NCBI GenBank assembly: GCA_050273025.1
Contig: CP158636.1
Coordinates: 4,712,001 to 4,776,000, forward strand
DNA length: 64,000 nucleotides
Direction: 5' to 3'
Source of the DNA: Cenococcum geophilum
Taxonomy: Eukaryota
Within the stretch, counting starts at the first letter, position 1. Each line of letters opens with the position of its first letter. Positions 1 to 12,385 of the stretch are shown one piece after another. Both the position numbers and the translations under genes were made by a program. Below the pieces are notes generated by a model, which saw nothing but the letters and a program-made list of their open reading frames with translations, ran no database searches and was not told the origin of the DNA.

Positions 1-576
1 ATTGGCCAATCGCCTGAAGACATTCCCCGGATGGAAGCTCAACAAGCAGCACATGAAGCTGACCCTTCGCAGCCGGCACCGCTTCCACAATACCAATACG
101 AGTTCTTTCTTCCCGCAAACACGGACAAAGTCCAAGGCATCAAGCGCAACTTTGGCGTTATTGACCCTGATAATGAAGATGAAGTTAAATTCGACGGAGA
201 GTACAAGGAAACCGGCAGGACGTACTTTAGATATGAGCGTGTGCGTGCTTACGAGACTTATCAGCAGACCGGCGACCCAAGCGATGTCCACGGTGATATT
301 GTTGCTTTAGCCCTACACGATCCGGAATCCGAAGAAGGGCCGCAACGTGACAATCCGCTGCAGAAAGCAGCGTATTACTACCCTGTGATGCAGCGGTCAT
401 TCATTCGGCCGCGAAGGCAGGTGCAGAGGAGAGGTGCGGTGGGTTCGGCAGAGGAAGAAGAAGAGACAAAAGTGGATATCATAGAGGCTCAAGGCAAGGA
501 TCCACCAGTAGAGGAAGTAGAGCGCAGGGCACAGCATAGGGCTAGGTATGATGTGGAGATTAGTTCAGATGCGTAA
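1..576 (+). CDS. PAF1: Paf1 complex subunit Paf1, C-terminal part (5' end outside window)
   Basis: Open frame from position 1. Segments FRYERVRAYET and QKAAYYYPVMQRSFIRPRR resemble the C-terminal part of fungal Paf1. Confidence 0.75.
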   Translation: MGQSPEDIPRMEAQQAAHEADPSQPAPLPQYQYEFFLPANTDKVQGIKRNFGVIDPDNEDEVKFDGEYKETGRTYFRYERVRAYETYQQTGDPSDVHGDIVALALHDPESEEGPQRDNPLQKAAYYYPVMQRSFIRPRRQVQRRGAVGSAEEEEETKVDIIEAQGKDPPVEEVERRAQHRARYDVEISSDA

Positions 577-1094
577 GCGTTAGGACTGTGGAGTTGCCCA
601 TGCAAACTGGATATGGCTTTTCTCTTCTTTGTTTCTCTAGAGAATTGGGTAGACATTTCTGGACCTCATAGCTAGGAGTTAGGGGATTCCTCCTTATACC
701 ATGGAGGAGGGCTCATTATGGTATGTGCGAGGCTACTAAAAGGGCGTTTAGTTCAATTAAAAGCAGCTGGAATCTCATGACGCGGCAAGAATCAAGATGA
801 CTTTTTCCGTTCTTCTTGCTGGTCCAACAAAATTATATAAGGTCAATTCTCTCCAGCTACCTTGACCAAACTTCTAGGCAGGGCTTATTCTTCTAGCTAT
901 TCACTTGAATTCCTTTTTCTTTTAATTCATTCACTTCACCACCCGCCCACTTCACAGCTCCACAAGTGCGTTTCGTGACCCTTCCCCCAGCTATTTTCTA
1001 TTTCCTCCTCCCAGAGCCTCACTCTCCTTTGACATTTCACTGAACTGGCTTCGGTGTATCATTCTGCTACATTGCTGAGACATCCGAACGAACT

Positions 1095-2831
1095 ATGGCA
1101 AGAAAGAAGGAGAAGTCGTCCGACGAGCATATAACTTTTAAAGAGAAAGAAAACGAGAGAATCTGCCGCATCATTCAATGCGATTTCTCCGGGATCACTG
1201 ACAATGTCCCTGACAATACTCAGTCTTCCGCGCGCGAGCAGACAAGGAAGAAGATTTTAAAAAACACTCCCTTCTGGACAGTAGTCATTGTCCTCCTACT
1301 CTCGCTCATCGGCACGACGGTCGCCATCGTACTCCTAGTATTAGACGAAGGTCAGCACGCCGGCTATCAGATTGGGACAGCCTTCGCGATTTCAGCTACT
1401 GTCCTTGCCAGTATCTTCCTCTGGCATATGTGGAATGACCGACGCAAGCACAGACGCCTATTCAAACAGCAAACCGAGCTAGAACTCGCCGAGCTGCGTC
1501 TCCACTATCAACATAGCAGACCCAATTATCCAGGCACTTCCCTAAGCGATACGAAATACAGCTCATGTCCTAATGGCTCTACCACTCCAACCGTCGGCCC
1601 AAAGCGACGCTCCAAAGTGGTGGGCGAGGGCTTTGAAATGCAGGATATGCGCCGCGCCCTCCGAGGCTCACACAGGCCAAAATTTCCCTATCCGCAGCGA
1701 TCAGATTCTCAGCCCCGGCAGGATATCATAGTGGCGAACTACATTAGTGATGGCAAACCACTTCCTCCAACACCTAGAACCCCCGAAGAAGAATGGGATC
1801 AGTACCGCCACCAGCAGCGACAATATCATCAGAACCAGAAGCAGTTACAGCAAGCACCTGTGTTCCCTGCGCGCCCTATTCAACATCCGAAACCGCACCC
1901 TTCACGTATTCCAGTTCCCAAATATACGCGCCAGCTCAGTAACCAAACGACTTTTACCACTTCAGCCTTGAGAACGAGCAGCAGTGCCGATAACTTCCGC
2001 ACCACAGATGGTACTGCAGGTCTTACAATGATGCCACCGAGGATAGATAGTCAATTTTGGCGCGCCTTGAACGGCTATGGGGCTCAGCAGGAAGTTGAGT
2101 CACCTCCACCGGTCCCGCCGAAGGATGATGGGACGCCCACGCGATCACCAGCCTTGCCGAAGTCTATGTCTGCACCTTCTATGAGCTCCCCTCCGTTCCA
2201 TGTAGCCCAGCAGCAGCTCCTCACCAACAGCGGCAACACCGACAGAACCAAGAGCATCACCACGCTTCCGCTCCCGCCCATCAACTCCCCTAATCCTCCA
2301 CCTATCCGTAAGATCCCCCGTAAGCCGATATCACATATTCACGTCTCCATGCCTCCTCGCACTATCGACGGTGTAGCAGATGTTAGTGCCAGCGCACCAG
2401 CGTCGTCGAAGTTGGCGCGTAGGCTAACGCTGAGGAGATCATTGAGCATCATACCTATAACGTTTAAGACTACAACGGTGGCAGCTGTGAGGGGCGGTGA
2501 TGATGTTGGAAAGAATACCGAGAAGATTATAGATGAGCTCGACGTTACTAACGCTCACGGAAACTTAGATTGTGCCGAGATTCGAAATAAAGATGTATGC
2601 GAGAATGAATTTCAGGAAGTTGACCTGAACGACGAGAACGGACCCAGCCTTGGAACACTAGAGACAGTTGTCAGGTTGAATTTAAGGGTTTCTGCAGGGA
2701 GCGGGATATCTATGCGGAGTAGCACGTGTGCTGATAGTGTGGCTGAAGAGTGCATTACGGAAGCTGGTGAGGAAGAAGATGTGACAAGAGAAGAGCTGTT
2801 CAGGGACCTCGAGGTGTACGAGGGAACTTGA
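1095..2831 (+). CDS. Hypothetical membrane protein: two N-terminal TM helices, long Pro/Ser-rich tail
   Basis: 578-aa uninterrupted ORF with hydrophobic segments FWTVVIVLLLSLIGTTVAIVLLVL and IGTAFAISATVLASIFLW. Confidence 0.6.
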   Translation: MARKKEKSSDEHITFKEKENERICRIIQCDFSGITDNVPDNTQSSAREQTRKKILKNTPFWTVVIVLLLSLIGTTVAIVLLVLDEGQHAGYQIGTAFAISATVLASIFLWHMWNDRRKHRRLFKQQTELELAELRLHYQHSRPNYPGTSLSDTKYSSCPNGSTTPTVGPKRRSKVVGEGFEMQDMRRALRGSHRPKFPYPQRSDSQPRQDIIVANYISDGKPLPPTPRTPEEEWDQYRHQQRQYHQNQKQLQQAPVFPARPIQHPKPHPSRIPVPKYTRQLSNQTTFTTSALRTSSSADNFRTTDGTAGLTMMPPRIDSQFWRALNGYGAQQEVESPPPVPPKDDGTPTRSPALPKSMSAPSMSSPPFHVAQQQLLTNSGNTDRTKSITTLPLPPINSPNPPPIRKIPRKPISHIHVSMPPRTIDGVADVSASAPASSKLARRLTLRRSLSIIPITFKTTTVAAVRGGDDVGKNTEKIIDELDVTNAHGNLDCAEIRNKDVCENEFQEVDLNDENGPSLGTLETVVRLNLRVSAGSGISMRSSTCADSVAEECITEAGEEEDVTREELFRDLEVYEGT

Positions 2832-3165
2832 CAGCAATGGGCATTTCGGCGTTTGTTCCAGGGCGGTAGGGCACACCGGTACTAGACAGCGTTGCGGTTC
2901 AGTGGAAATTTGGAGGTTGGGTTGAGTATGGGCTGGTTAAGTACTTTGCCCAAATATGCAGAAGAACGCCTGGCAACATTATTCCACAAGTTCTGACTCG
3001 GGCGTGGCCGTGGGCTAGCTAGTATGGTAGGAATTCATTCACTTTAGAATCAACTAAAGAGTATGTAATGTGATTGTTCTCTCTGAAAGAAGTTTTCGTT
3101 CGGCTTAGAAGTACTTGAAACTCGTAAAATTGAGGATTTAACACGGCCCATGTAGCTTACTTCTG

Positions 3166-5001
3166 TTACACAACTTTCCTCCCCAACCTTCTATTCTCCC
3201 TCTGCCGTTTCACCTTCAATGCCTCCCTCCTCCGCTTTTTCCATGCTCGATTATTTTCTCCCCTATGCTCCCAGAACCATTTCGCGAACGCACTTTCCTC
3301 ACCTTCCCCATCATCCTCGTCTTCTGCTCCTAGAGATGATATCCCCGAACGCAAAGCACGGGCACCTAGAGGAGTTGAGTTCGCCTCGGCCATGCCCACA
3401 TCGCCATCCTCATTTTCATCTTCCCCATCATATGCATGGGTCGCAGCATTAGCTTTTGTGTTATCGTTGAGCTCTGCGCCAGCCCCTGCATCCTCCTCTT
3501 CTTCATTACTGTTCTCCCACGGAAATGCAAACCTTCCACCAATAGCAGCCGTATCAGGCGTCGGAGCTGCGCTGCGCAACCCGCGCCATTGAAGGTCTTG
3601 CCGAGTGAACGGCGTATGTGGCGGGTTTACCGCTGTGTCCATATCGTCCTCGGCATTCTCGCCACCAAAGAAGCTGAAAGAGGTATTGATAGGAGCGAGA
3701 CGGGTTGGAGTGACGGAAGGAGTGATTGAAAGCATCGGCGGTTGAGGACGCTTGAATAAAGCTTCAAGTGGATGAATCTCTTTTGTCTCGGAGGGTGAAG
3801 CAGGCGTAATGGTAATATTTTGAAGAGGTCTGGTAGGGGTTGAGGATATTGAAGAGGACGAAGCTTGCGAAGCGGACTCCGATTCGGATTCGGACTCTGA
3901 GCTAGATGATACAACAGAGGATCTTTCATCGGAGCTGGATGTCATAGATTCGGAGTCGGCAGGAGGAGTAGTAATTAGCTTGGTGCTCTTGAGCGTGCTC
4001 TTGAGTTTCGAATTTGCTTTATTCTGTAGATCCTCTACTTTTGCGGGAGCATCGGTCTCAGATGCGTCCTCATCGCTACTAATAGCTTCTTCATCCGTTC
4101 TCAAAACATCAGCTTGCGCACCTTCCTTGGGAGCCTCTGTAAGTTCTAGCACTCTGCTCCTCCTTGCCTTTCCGGTCTCAGCCTCGACAACATTACCATC
4201 CTCGTCTACCCAGCCCCTACCATCGACGTATTCGGTAGCCGGCTTACTTGTCCCCGAGGACTGGCTGCTCTTTAAGAAGCTCGCATGCTTCGTTGTCTTT
4301 GAAAATTCATGAACAACAACGTCCCGACTAGCTTTAGACTTCTTATTCTTGCTCTTCTCCACCTTTGCTACGCTCGCCGCTGCTGCAGCCACAGGCGTCA
4401 ACTTTGTCCGGAACAACATTTCTGGCTCCTTTGTATACTTTGATTCCTTTGCCCTCTCTCTCTTGTCCTTCTTATCAGTCTTCGCCTTTCCCTGCACAGG
4501 CGGATCTGTCCATCCCCGCTTAACTTTTCTCGCGTCGGGCAATTCAAAACCTGACAGCACGCCATTCTTCTTTTTCTTTTTCTCCTTCTTCGCTCGCTTT
4601 GCCGGCCTATCCTCTTGCTCTACAGCAGAAGCCTCATTTTTCTCATCAACTTTTCTCTTCTCTGGCTTCGCATCTTCGATACGTATTTTGGAGCCTTTGA
4701 GGATAGAACCATTGAGCTTCTTCTTAAGCTTCTGCGCTTCCATAGTAGGTAATTCGACGTAACCAAAGCCTTTCTCCGGGAATGTCTGGACGGTATGATA
4801 CGAGATATTGGTCGCTGATTGTAGGAGTGGGGGGGGGATGAGGGATTTGAGCAAGGCGGGAGAAAATGGCGTTATATGCAGCCTCGTGCGCCCCGCTTCA
4901 TCGGATGGAAATGCTTGGCTTGAGCGGGCGGCAGAGGAGGACTTCGTGGTGGAAGCAGAGCGGGCTTTCGGTGGGCGAGTAAGCGCTGGCGCTGTTGGCA
5001 T
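3166..5001 (-). CDS. Probable nucleolar protein with N-terminal RRM-like domain and Lys-rich/Ser-acidic tracts (SRP40/Nop8-like)
   Basis: 611-aa ORF with an RNP1-like KGFGYVEL...KKKLNGSILKGSKIRIEDAKP segment and a conserved-looking C-terminus FAKWFWEHRGENNRAWKKRRRE. Confidence 0.7.
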   Translation of the reverse strand: MPTAPALTRPPKARSASTTKSSSAARSSQAFPSDEAGRTRLHITPFSPALLKSLIPPPLLQSATNISYHTVQTFPEKGFGYVELPTMEAQKLKKKLNGSILKGSKIRIEDAKPEKRKVDEKNEASAVEQEDRPAKRAKKEKKKKKNGVLSGFELPDARKVKRGWTDPPVQGKAKTDKKDKRERAKESKYTKEPEMLFRTKLTPVAAAAASVAKVEKSKNKKSKASRDVVVHEFSKTTKHASFLKSSQSSGTSKPATEYVDGRGWVDEDGNVVEAETGKARRSRVLELTEAPKEGAQADVLRTDEEAISSDEDASETDAPAKVEDLQNKANSKLKSTLKSTKLITTPPADSESMTSSSDERSSVVSSSSESESESESASQASSSSISSTPTRPLQNITITPASPSETKEIHPLEALFKRPQPPMLSITPSVTPTRLAPINTSFSFFGGENAEDDMDTAVNPPHTPFTRQDLQWRGLRSAAPTPDTAAIGGRFAFPWENSNEEEEDAGAGAELNDNTKANAATHAYDGEDENEDGDVGMAEANSTPLGARALRSGISSLGAEDEDDGEGEESAFAKWFWEHRGENNRAWKKRRREALKVKRQRENRRLGRKVV

Positions 5002-5291
5002 GGCCTGCTATTTGTGCAACCCGTTCAGATGAAGGAGAGTGGTAGACTCCACACTATAGCAGGGTGGGCCCTCCAGAAATAGAATTTATTAAGTACAAGC
5101 GCTTATACATAAGCAAGATTATATCGGTATTTGTTTGGGGGTTGAGGGTCGCTGGCAGGGTCGGCGGAAGGATCTGAACGACACACGTACTAGTGGCTCA
5201 AATGCTTAGCGCCAGCTGGGAATCATCCGTGCGAGGTGGGAGAAAGACGCCCGCAACGCACATGCCAGCTCTTTATGCACACTTCAGAGCA

Positions 5292-5893
5292 ATGGACCAG
5301 CGAGCCTTTTGCGTCCTGCTACTCCTGGCTCTTCTTGCCCTCATATCAACCGCCTCTGCAGCTTGTATGACGAAAGCAATCTATTCGTCTAAATAAAACC
5401 CTTCATGCTGACCATTCATAGCTCCAACCTCCTTCTGCAGATGCACCTGTTTTGGAAACAGCACCATTGTCGCTCTCGATAGCCCCGTATCTCAGTCTCC
5501 CGCACACCCAGGTCTTCTGAAGGATCGGGCTGCGAAGAAGACATGTAACGACTGCAACCGGCAGTTCTGCCTAAGCTACACCTTCTGCAAGGGTGAGAAG
5601 GAGGAGAGGGTATTTACAACGTGTTTCCGTATGTGCCACAAACATTCAAGAAGTAAGACTGACGGGATTAACGTCTGCGATTTAGAGCGAGACTCGACGA
5701 AGGATCAAGCTGTTGTATTTATTTTCATTTTTGCGACCGTTGGATTGTTGATATATGCAACTGTACGACCGTGGATAGACCAGTGGGCAGAGGTGAGAAA
5801 CATACAGTTTTACCGGGAGATACTGCTAATCAAAACCAGAAAGCACGAGAGCGTCGTGATTATATTCCAGTACCAGGACAGCCGGATCAATAA
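5292..5893 (+). CDS. Small spliced conserved fungal membrane protein (signal peptide, Cys-rich ectodomain, one TM)
   Basis: Exons reconstructed with GT-AG introns: MDQRAFCVLLLLALL... / SFCRCTCFGNSTIV...CNDCNRQFCL...FTTCF / RDSTKDQAVVFIFIFATVGLLIYA / KARERRDYIPVPGQPDQ*. Confidence 0.7.
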
Positions 5894-6153
5894 TCACTGT
5901 GGGGACGGAAGCACTCGCACATTGGAGTTTTGGATTCTGTTGAATACTTTTGATCATTTTTTAGGATACCCAAAACAAAAGAGCCCGTCCGTTTGCAAAG
6001 AACAGATTAACCCCTGCAACTCCATGCCCAATGTACAGCTCTATGCTTACAAAAGAGTACAAGCTGGGAGACGATATATGATACAGCGAAGAGCATATTC
6101 GTAGCTCGAACATAGCCTCCCAACGGAAATATTAACACTCTTCTAAAATGATT

Positions 6154-7069
6154 TTACCGGCCTGTAACCCAACTTGCCCAGCTTTTTGTTGTTTTGGCGG
6201 CTGATGATGTGGCTTCCTCCGCTAGTCGGTCAAATGGTCCGGGAGTTGATGCTGTAGCTTGTGGTGCTTGTTGTATTGCCTGCACCAGGCGTGTCTCCCT
6301 CCTTGAGTCCTCTACAGCTTTCAATATACCAAACCCTTCTCCCTCCTCATTCTTCGAATTCCTCTGTTGCGCCGCTTCCCTCCACGTATTCTCCTCTCCG
6401 GCTGAACTTGAACTTTGCCTGCTTGAATCCTCGTCCTTCGGCTTTCCATACAGATAGTGCATCGTCCTTTTGAAAATCCCCGCTCTTTGTTGCTCTGCTA
6501 ACTTTGATTCTTCCGCTGCCCTTTCCCGGTTTAGCAACAACATCTGATTATCGTCCGCAATTCCCTGTTCTTCAGCCGCGCGGGCCAGTGCTAAAGCTTC
6601 TGCCATTTTCTTTTCCTGCTCGGCGAAGAATTCACGGCGTTTGCGGCGATTGTAGACTACCATGTCGCCCAGGGAGAAAACTGTGATTAAACCAGCTATA
6701 CCTACAATTTCCATCAAGTTAGTTCTTGCTTTCCCGGAAGTACGGCAATTACACTTAATGGGTATTAACTGGCTTCAACGGTTCATAAGAACTCTACATA
6801 CCCGTCGCAGCAATGAGCGTAATTGCAGTAAACCGATGTGCCGTATCCGCTACCACCCTGCCTTTCGCAACGACTTTATCAAATCTGCTTACTTGGCCCA
6901 ACTTTGCTCTCCGCGCAGCTTCTCGCAATCGCGCAACTTTTTGCTGTGGCGTCTCATTTGGCGGAGGAGGGTCGGCGAAGTCGAGAACTGAGGCTCTGGT
7001 GCTCGGCTTTGAGTGAGCGCAGGGCCCCGTTGCCGTGAAACGGGTCGCGTCCATGGCGGAGCGTGCCAT
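6154..7069 (-). CDS. COX14: Cytochrome c oxidase assembly protein, COX14 family (2 exons)
   Basis: MARSAMDATRFTAT...ETPQQKVARLR...GRVVADTAHR, spliced to GIAGLITVFSLGDMVVYNRRKRREF; this pattern is typical of the Pezizomycotina COX14-domain family. Confidence 0.6.
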
Positions 7070-7476
7070 CCTGCACGGATGTAGCGAGAAGAGGAAAAGT
7101 CGAGGGTTGCTGGAATTGAGCCGGATGGATATTTTTGGAGATGTCGATGTCGTCGAACCACCGCGGGAAAAGTCTCGAAATGCGGAAGAAGCCGCTGCGG
7201 AAACTCGCACGAACATGCAGTGCTACTGTACAGCCTTCAACAACACCAACAAAAAACCACCGTAGGCTCCTTGGTATGCGCTCATAGCTGGAGTCTGCAA
7301 CACGAAAATGTTTGCACGGAGCGAGAAAATCTCCAAATCATTCTACTAACTTCCTGCATTGTATTCCATCCCTCCAAGACTTTTCTTCGGTGCATTTACT
7401 GTGTACCAGAACATTGAAATAATTTCTGCCATTTTCTCCATTTATTTCTATTATATTGGCTAGGTTTGGTTCTGTC

Positions 7477-8508
7477 ATGGCACAAAACAGCAATTCCCAA
7501 GTGCCAGACCTGGCATCTGTCCTTCGCACTCTAGCTTCTTTAGCTTCAGCGGGCAATCAGCAACCTCCCCAGCAGCCAGTTATCCAACAACAGTATAACC
7601 CTGGCCATGTGTATGATCCAGCCCAATACCATAAATCTCCTCAATTATTTCCTACACTAGCCCAACCCAATCCCGCGTATCCATTTGGCGTGGCGGAAGA
7701 CCACCGACCAGATCCTCAACATCGACGAAGCATACAGAACCTCCACAGAAATACCCCTACGCCTCCATTGATTGATCCTGCTACGATCACCGAGTGGTCT
7801 CAGGGCCTACGATGTGTCAGCAAGATTGCAGCTCAAAACCCAAACTTTAAAGTTGCAATACGAAAGGCACGTCTAGTATCTGCATTCCCTATACATGATT
7901 TGCTGATCGACTTTCAATAGTTAATCTCCGACCAGGAGAGTCACGAAAGGATGTGGTATGCCCTAAGTTCACTGCTGGTGATTTTTCGGAGGCTGACAGA
8001 CACGAAGGTGGAGAGGAAGGGAAGCTCTTATGGAGAAACAAGCTGCTAGAAGTAGGGCCAATAGACAGCAGAATGAGGCCATGTGTGTTCCGAAAAGCAC
8101 TTCCTAGGAGTTTCTGAATGCTTACTTCCACAGATTTCCTACGAGCGTCTCTAATGAGACTGCCCTTGCAGTACGCATCATGCTATTCCTTATTTCTGGT
8201 ATATATCTGATAAAAAGTTACAGATTCCCGAAGATGAGGTGGAGTTGAAAGAGTATGATAAAAAGGTACACAAAGCTACACGTGAAATGGTCGATGTTAT
8301 GTCATTAGAGCTGAAGCGTCTTGGGGTGCCCTTTTTCGGTGTTAAACCAGACTTGATTCTTCCGCTCGGAACCGACAAACCAGCGGTTCAGAATAAGTCA
8401 TCGACGCAAGCTGCGAATATTCCAGCACCTCAGAAGATCACTGAAGGTGAACTGTTGGGTTTGCAGCGACGAATGTTGGAATACCTGGAAGACATGTATA
8501 AGGAGTAA
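7477..8508 (+). CDS. Conserved fungal protein, DUF2458-like (multi-exon)
   Basis: PDLASVLRTL, IDPATITEWSQGLRCV, WWRGREAL, ELKEYDKKVHKA...ELKRLGVPFFG across spliced exons. Confidence 0.65.
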
Positions 8509-9097
8509 TTCGCCTCCTATCCCTGCCTTCAAGGGACTGTTGACAGAGAACGAGCCAACGAGCCAACGATTGTACTAGAGATGTTTTGTATCGGCTGAGC
8601 ACTACAAGGTTATGTGACAGCTTATTGTAAGTCAGCAGACGCGGTGGACTACAGAACAAGCGCTGATCCAAATCAAGGAAACAGGCACTGCCGAATGGTA
8701 ATGACAGAGCTATGGAATATACCTTTTGACCTTGACGAAAATTATCCGCAGCCCTACATGTAGGAATTTATACCATTTTGGCCAATTGGCATATCACCAA
8801 AACTTCCATAAAACTCTATTAAGGTGAATCCAAGGGGGTTCTAAGTGAATGATCCACTGGCGTAGAACGCGCCGCATTTCCATCCTCACGTTCCGCCTAC
8901 TACCTTCCAACCTTAACTTCTTCCACTTACCCAGCAGTCATTCCTTTCTAAAGCTCAAGACCCTCATTTCTCCTCACTGCCTACTACGCCATCTCTATTG
9001 TTCAGCTCCATCCATACATTAACCAGTTTCAGTCGTCAGCAGCTCAGAGTAACGCGACTAGGAGGAAGTTGGCAGCCCGCCACAGGTCAATATCACC

Positions 9098-11215
9098 ATG
9101 CCCCCCAAAAACTTATTTCCTGCACTATGCGCGTCCATAGTCTGTCTGCTCGCCTCTCCATCTTCGTCAGGTAAGAGTTTTGGTGTCTTGGCACAAAATG
9201 CGACGGTGACGGTTCCCGCGCGTCCCCTGTACTTTCGGGTCCGAGATGCGGACTTCGGAAGCCCTAGTGGTTCTACCTGCGGGAATTGCTTGTAAGTTCC
9301 AACGGATTATCTTACAATTTCATCAATATTTTGCTCACCAGTTATTAGTATCGGCGAATCATGCTGTAACGAAGGCTGTTGCCCAGCGGTAAGATCAACG
9401 CCCTATCCACCATTGACCAAATTTGGACATACTAAATATGCGTTTATATAGGGATCAAGCTGTACGGCAGACAGACCTAGATGTTGCCCACAAGGGTTTG
9501 TTCTTTCTTATTCTGCTTTGCCTAGCTTCGTCGATCTAACGTGAATCAGCGCCAATTGCACCGCTCCAGACCCATCACAAATCTGCTTGGATGCCATAGC
9601 TGACGACTGCTATGTCTGGGTGAGAGTACGAGCCTCACCGGTCTGTTGTCCAGCTAGCCTACCTCATTGTACGAGCGAATCTAGCTTTGGGACTGGGTGC
9701 TTCGCTGCCTCTACTACAATGCCCACCACAACTTCTCCGCAATGGAACGAATTGAACACCACAAAAACTTCGACCTCGACAAGCCAGCCACCGGATATCA
9801 TTGCGACTATTCAGAGCACTATATATGTGACGAAAACAGTCATTTCCCATTCTAGCTCGGTCTCAAGCAGCATGGGAAATTCTGCCATAGCCACTCCTGA
9901 CAACTCTGCGCCGGATTCTGTCAATAGTGCTGCTAAAGCTACTCTCTACAAGACTAGCACAATAACCCTAGTATCTGGTATAGTTATTATCACTTCTGAA
10001 CCGGCAACTATTTTGACTCCGAACAATGAGCCAAGTGAGGTTCAGCTGCAAGCAGCCGCAACGTCAAGTGTGGCATCAATGGACAAAGGACTCTTGCCTA
10101 CAACGGAATATGACCCGCTAGATTGCAGTTGGTTCTATTTCTGTACGAATTTTGCTACTACCTCGGGCACGTTAACTCGAGTCACATGTCTTTGTAGCTC
10201 ATTGTATATTACGCATGTTACGACGCAAGCTATCACTAACAGCGGACCTTCCACGGTGTATACCACAACAACTGCATACACTACTGCTACGCCAACTTCT
10301 TACACCACTGAGACTCCTATCGTCTCCGCGCAACTAGATCCAAGTGTGTCGACGGTCACACCGGCCAGCACTTCAACTAGCACTTCAACCAGCACGTCCG
10401 CCAGCACCCCTATCAGCACAACCACAGAATATTTGTCTATTACTCACCATCGCATGGTCACAGTAACACAGACATATGCGACGAATAATTCAGTTCTGTA
10501 TGTTGAAACTGGCTTCTCACCTCTTGACACTGGTAACGTTCTCGCACCTCTTAGAACAGGTCAAGCTCTTGCGCCCAGGGCGGCTGAGCGAGTCGCTACG
10601 GTCACCACCACAGTTACCTCTATAGTTACAACGATTACAGTCACCACCACAGAAGTGGTCGAGGAGACTGAAATACCCTCCACTACCGTAAAATCGACCT
10701 TGCCGCTTCCCTCCAACAGTATCTTGACATCTCAAAGCTTGACGGCATCTACAAGCCAGAATCTCTCTAAGACTGCTTCATCTGGCACGTCCGAGTTGCC
10801 AGCTTCTACGATAGCTAGTATGTCTTTACTACAAAGCTCTTCCTCCAGCATCATGTCTATGCTTAATTCTGTCGTAAGCGCGACTTCTCTTCTCTCAAGC
10901 TCAGGCTCCAGAATGATGCTGTCAGCTCCCTCAACTGTGATGTCCTCCGCAATGGCATCTAACTCGGAGATCATGGGTACTGGTTCGACGGCTATCTCCT
11001 CGGATTCGATATTGACGCCCAGCATCACACCGCCCGTATCACTTTGCTATGATAGCGAGCATAATACTAACGGGCCTTGCTCAAAGACTTCTAGTACTGG
11101 ATACTACCCTGGGGCGTCTGTTGTTCCGCTTGGCTCCAATGCCTTCGCTGGGCAGAAGATATCCTGTCTTGTTGTGTCACTCGTTTTGGCCATTCACCTA
11201 GCGCTGCGCGTCTAG
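9098..11215 (+). CDS. Secreted, probably GPI-anchored Ser/Thr-rich cell-surface protein with Cys-rich N-terminus
   Basis: Signal peptide at 9098, short Cys-rich exons, a 542-aa Thr/Ser-rich last exon, and a hydrophobic C-terminus (ISCLVVSLVLAIHLALRV). Confidence 0.7.
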
Positions 11216-12385
11216 ATGTTGACTCGTCTGTAAGCTGCCGCTCGCAGTTGCGACTGTGGGCATGGCTGAAATTGGTTAGATAGTGCTTTTCTTGTATAGC
11301 GAACCAAGGCTTTCGCATTGGCTACGCAGAATTGCTGGAAGCGAAGTCGGGGAGTTGGCGGGTTTGATTTGTTTCATGGGCTTTGTTTTGCCCCAAGCCA
11401 CTATACATTGGAAGGGGGAGAAAATCCTTTCTCTTTTTCTTTATAGACTTTTTCAAGAAGCAAGCAGGGTTTCACCAATGTAAAGCTAATCAGGTAGCAG
11501 CACAATCCAGGTCCAAGGGTTGACTACAGGGCAAAAAGAGACAATGAAGGATTAGCGGCGGTTTGCACAAGCGGGCTGTCAGTGGCAGAAGTTCGACGTG
11601 TGTTCCAACATGCTTCCGTGGCTGTCCAGATATGCCAATGGCATGGCAGCGACTCTGCATATTTTAACCTGCTCACAGGCCATGCCTCCCCTAGGTGTGC
11701 CTGGCGTGCCTAGGCGCAGGCATGTCATGCAGGGCTGATGGTCTTTGGCGGTTGAGAAAGAAATTGCTAGCAACACCTGCCTTAGTCTAAAAACATTTTT
11801 TAATGAAGACACACTTCCCACATCGACATTACGTGGCAGTAGCAGTGGCTGCTCGATGAAAAGCTGGACAAATTTGCGGCGTGCCCTTTTCCCCTCAGCT
11901 GCGAACGCGACGCCCCATACTGCACGGTTTTTATGTGGGGTCGCGCTGGCGTTGATTTGCTGCAAGCCCTCCTTAGCTTCGTTTCAATTCTTGGTGGCGT
12001 TGGTACCTTGCATGTCAGAAAGCTTGAAAGAAAACTGCTGATGGCTCCTTTTCTTGCCTTTTTCAATCCTCTCCTCAACACCACTTCGAAGTGCTCGATG
12101 TGTTGAAGTCTGCGTGCCTGCTGCATTTCTTGTCTCTCCTTACTCCGCGCCGATTCTTCTCCGAACAGACGGCGGGCCTTCGTTCAATTACTATCTCTCC
12201 TTGACATTTGACATTCTTTCCTTTAAGCCGGATCCCAGCAGGCGTGCTTGACGCACAATCCCCAGGGAGTGCTTCGATAGCACATCCTTGCCATCGTTTG
12301 TTTCATACTCGATTTCCGACTTTACTACCATTCACCTGTCAACGGTGACGCCATTCCGCAACCGTCTTCGATTCACCAGACTCCA

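Noticed and set aside
7867..7920. GC-AG intron in the DUF2458 gene
   Set aside because: An in-phase GT donor 9 nt downstream works equally well; undecidable without RNA data.
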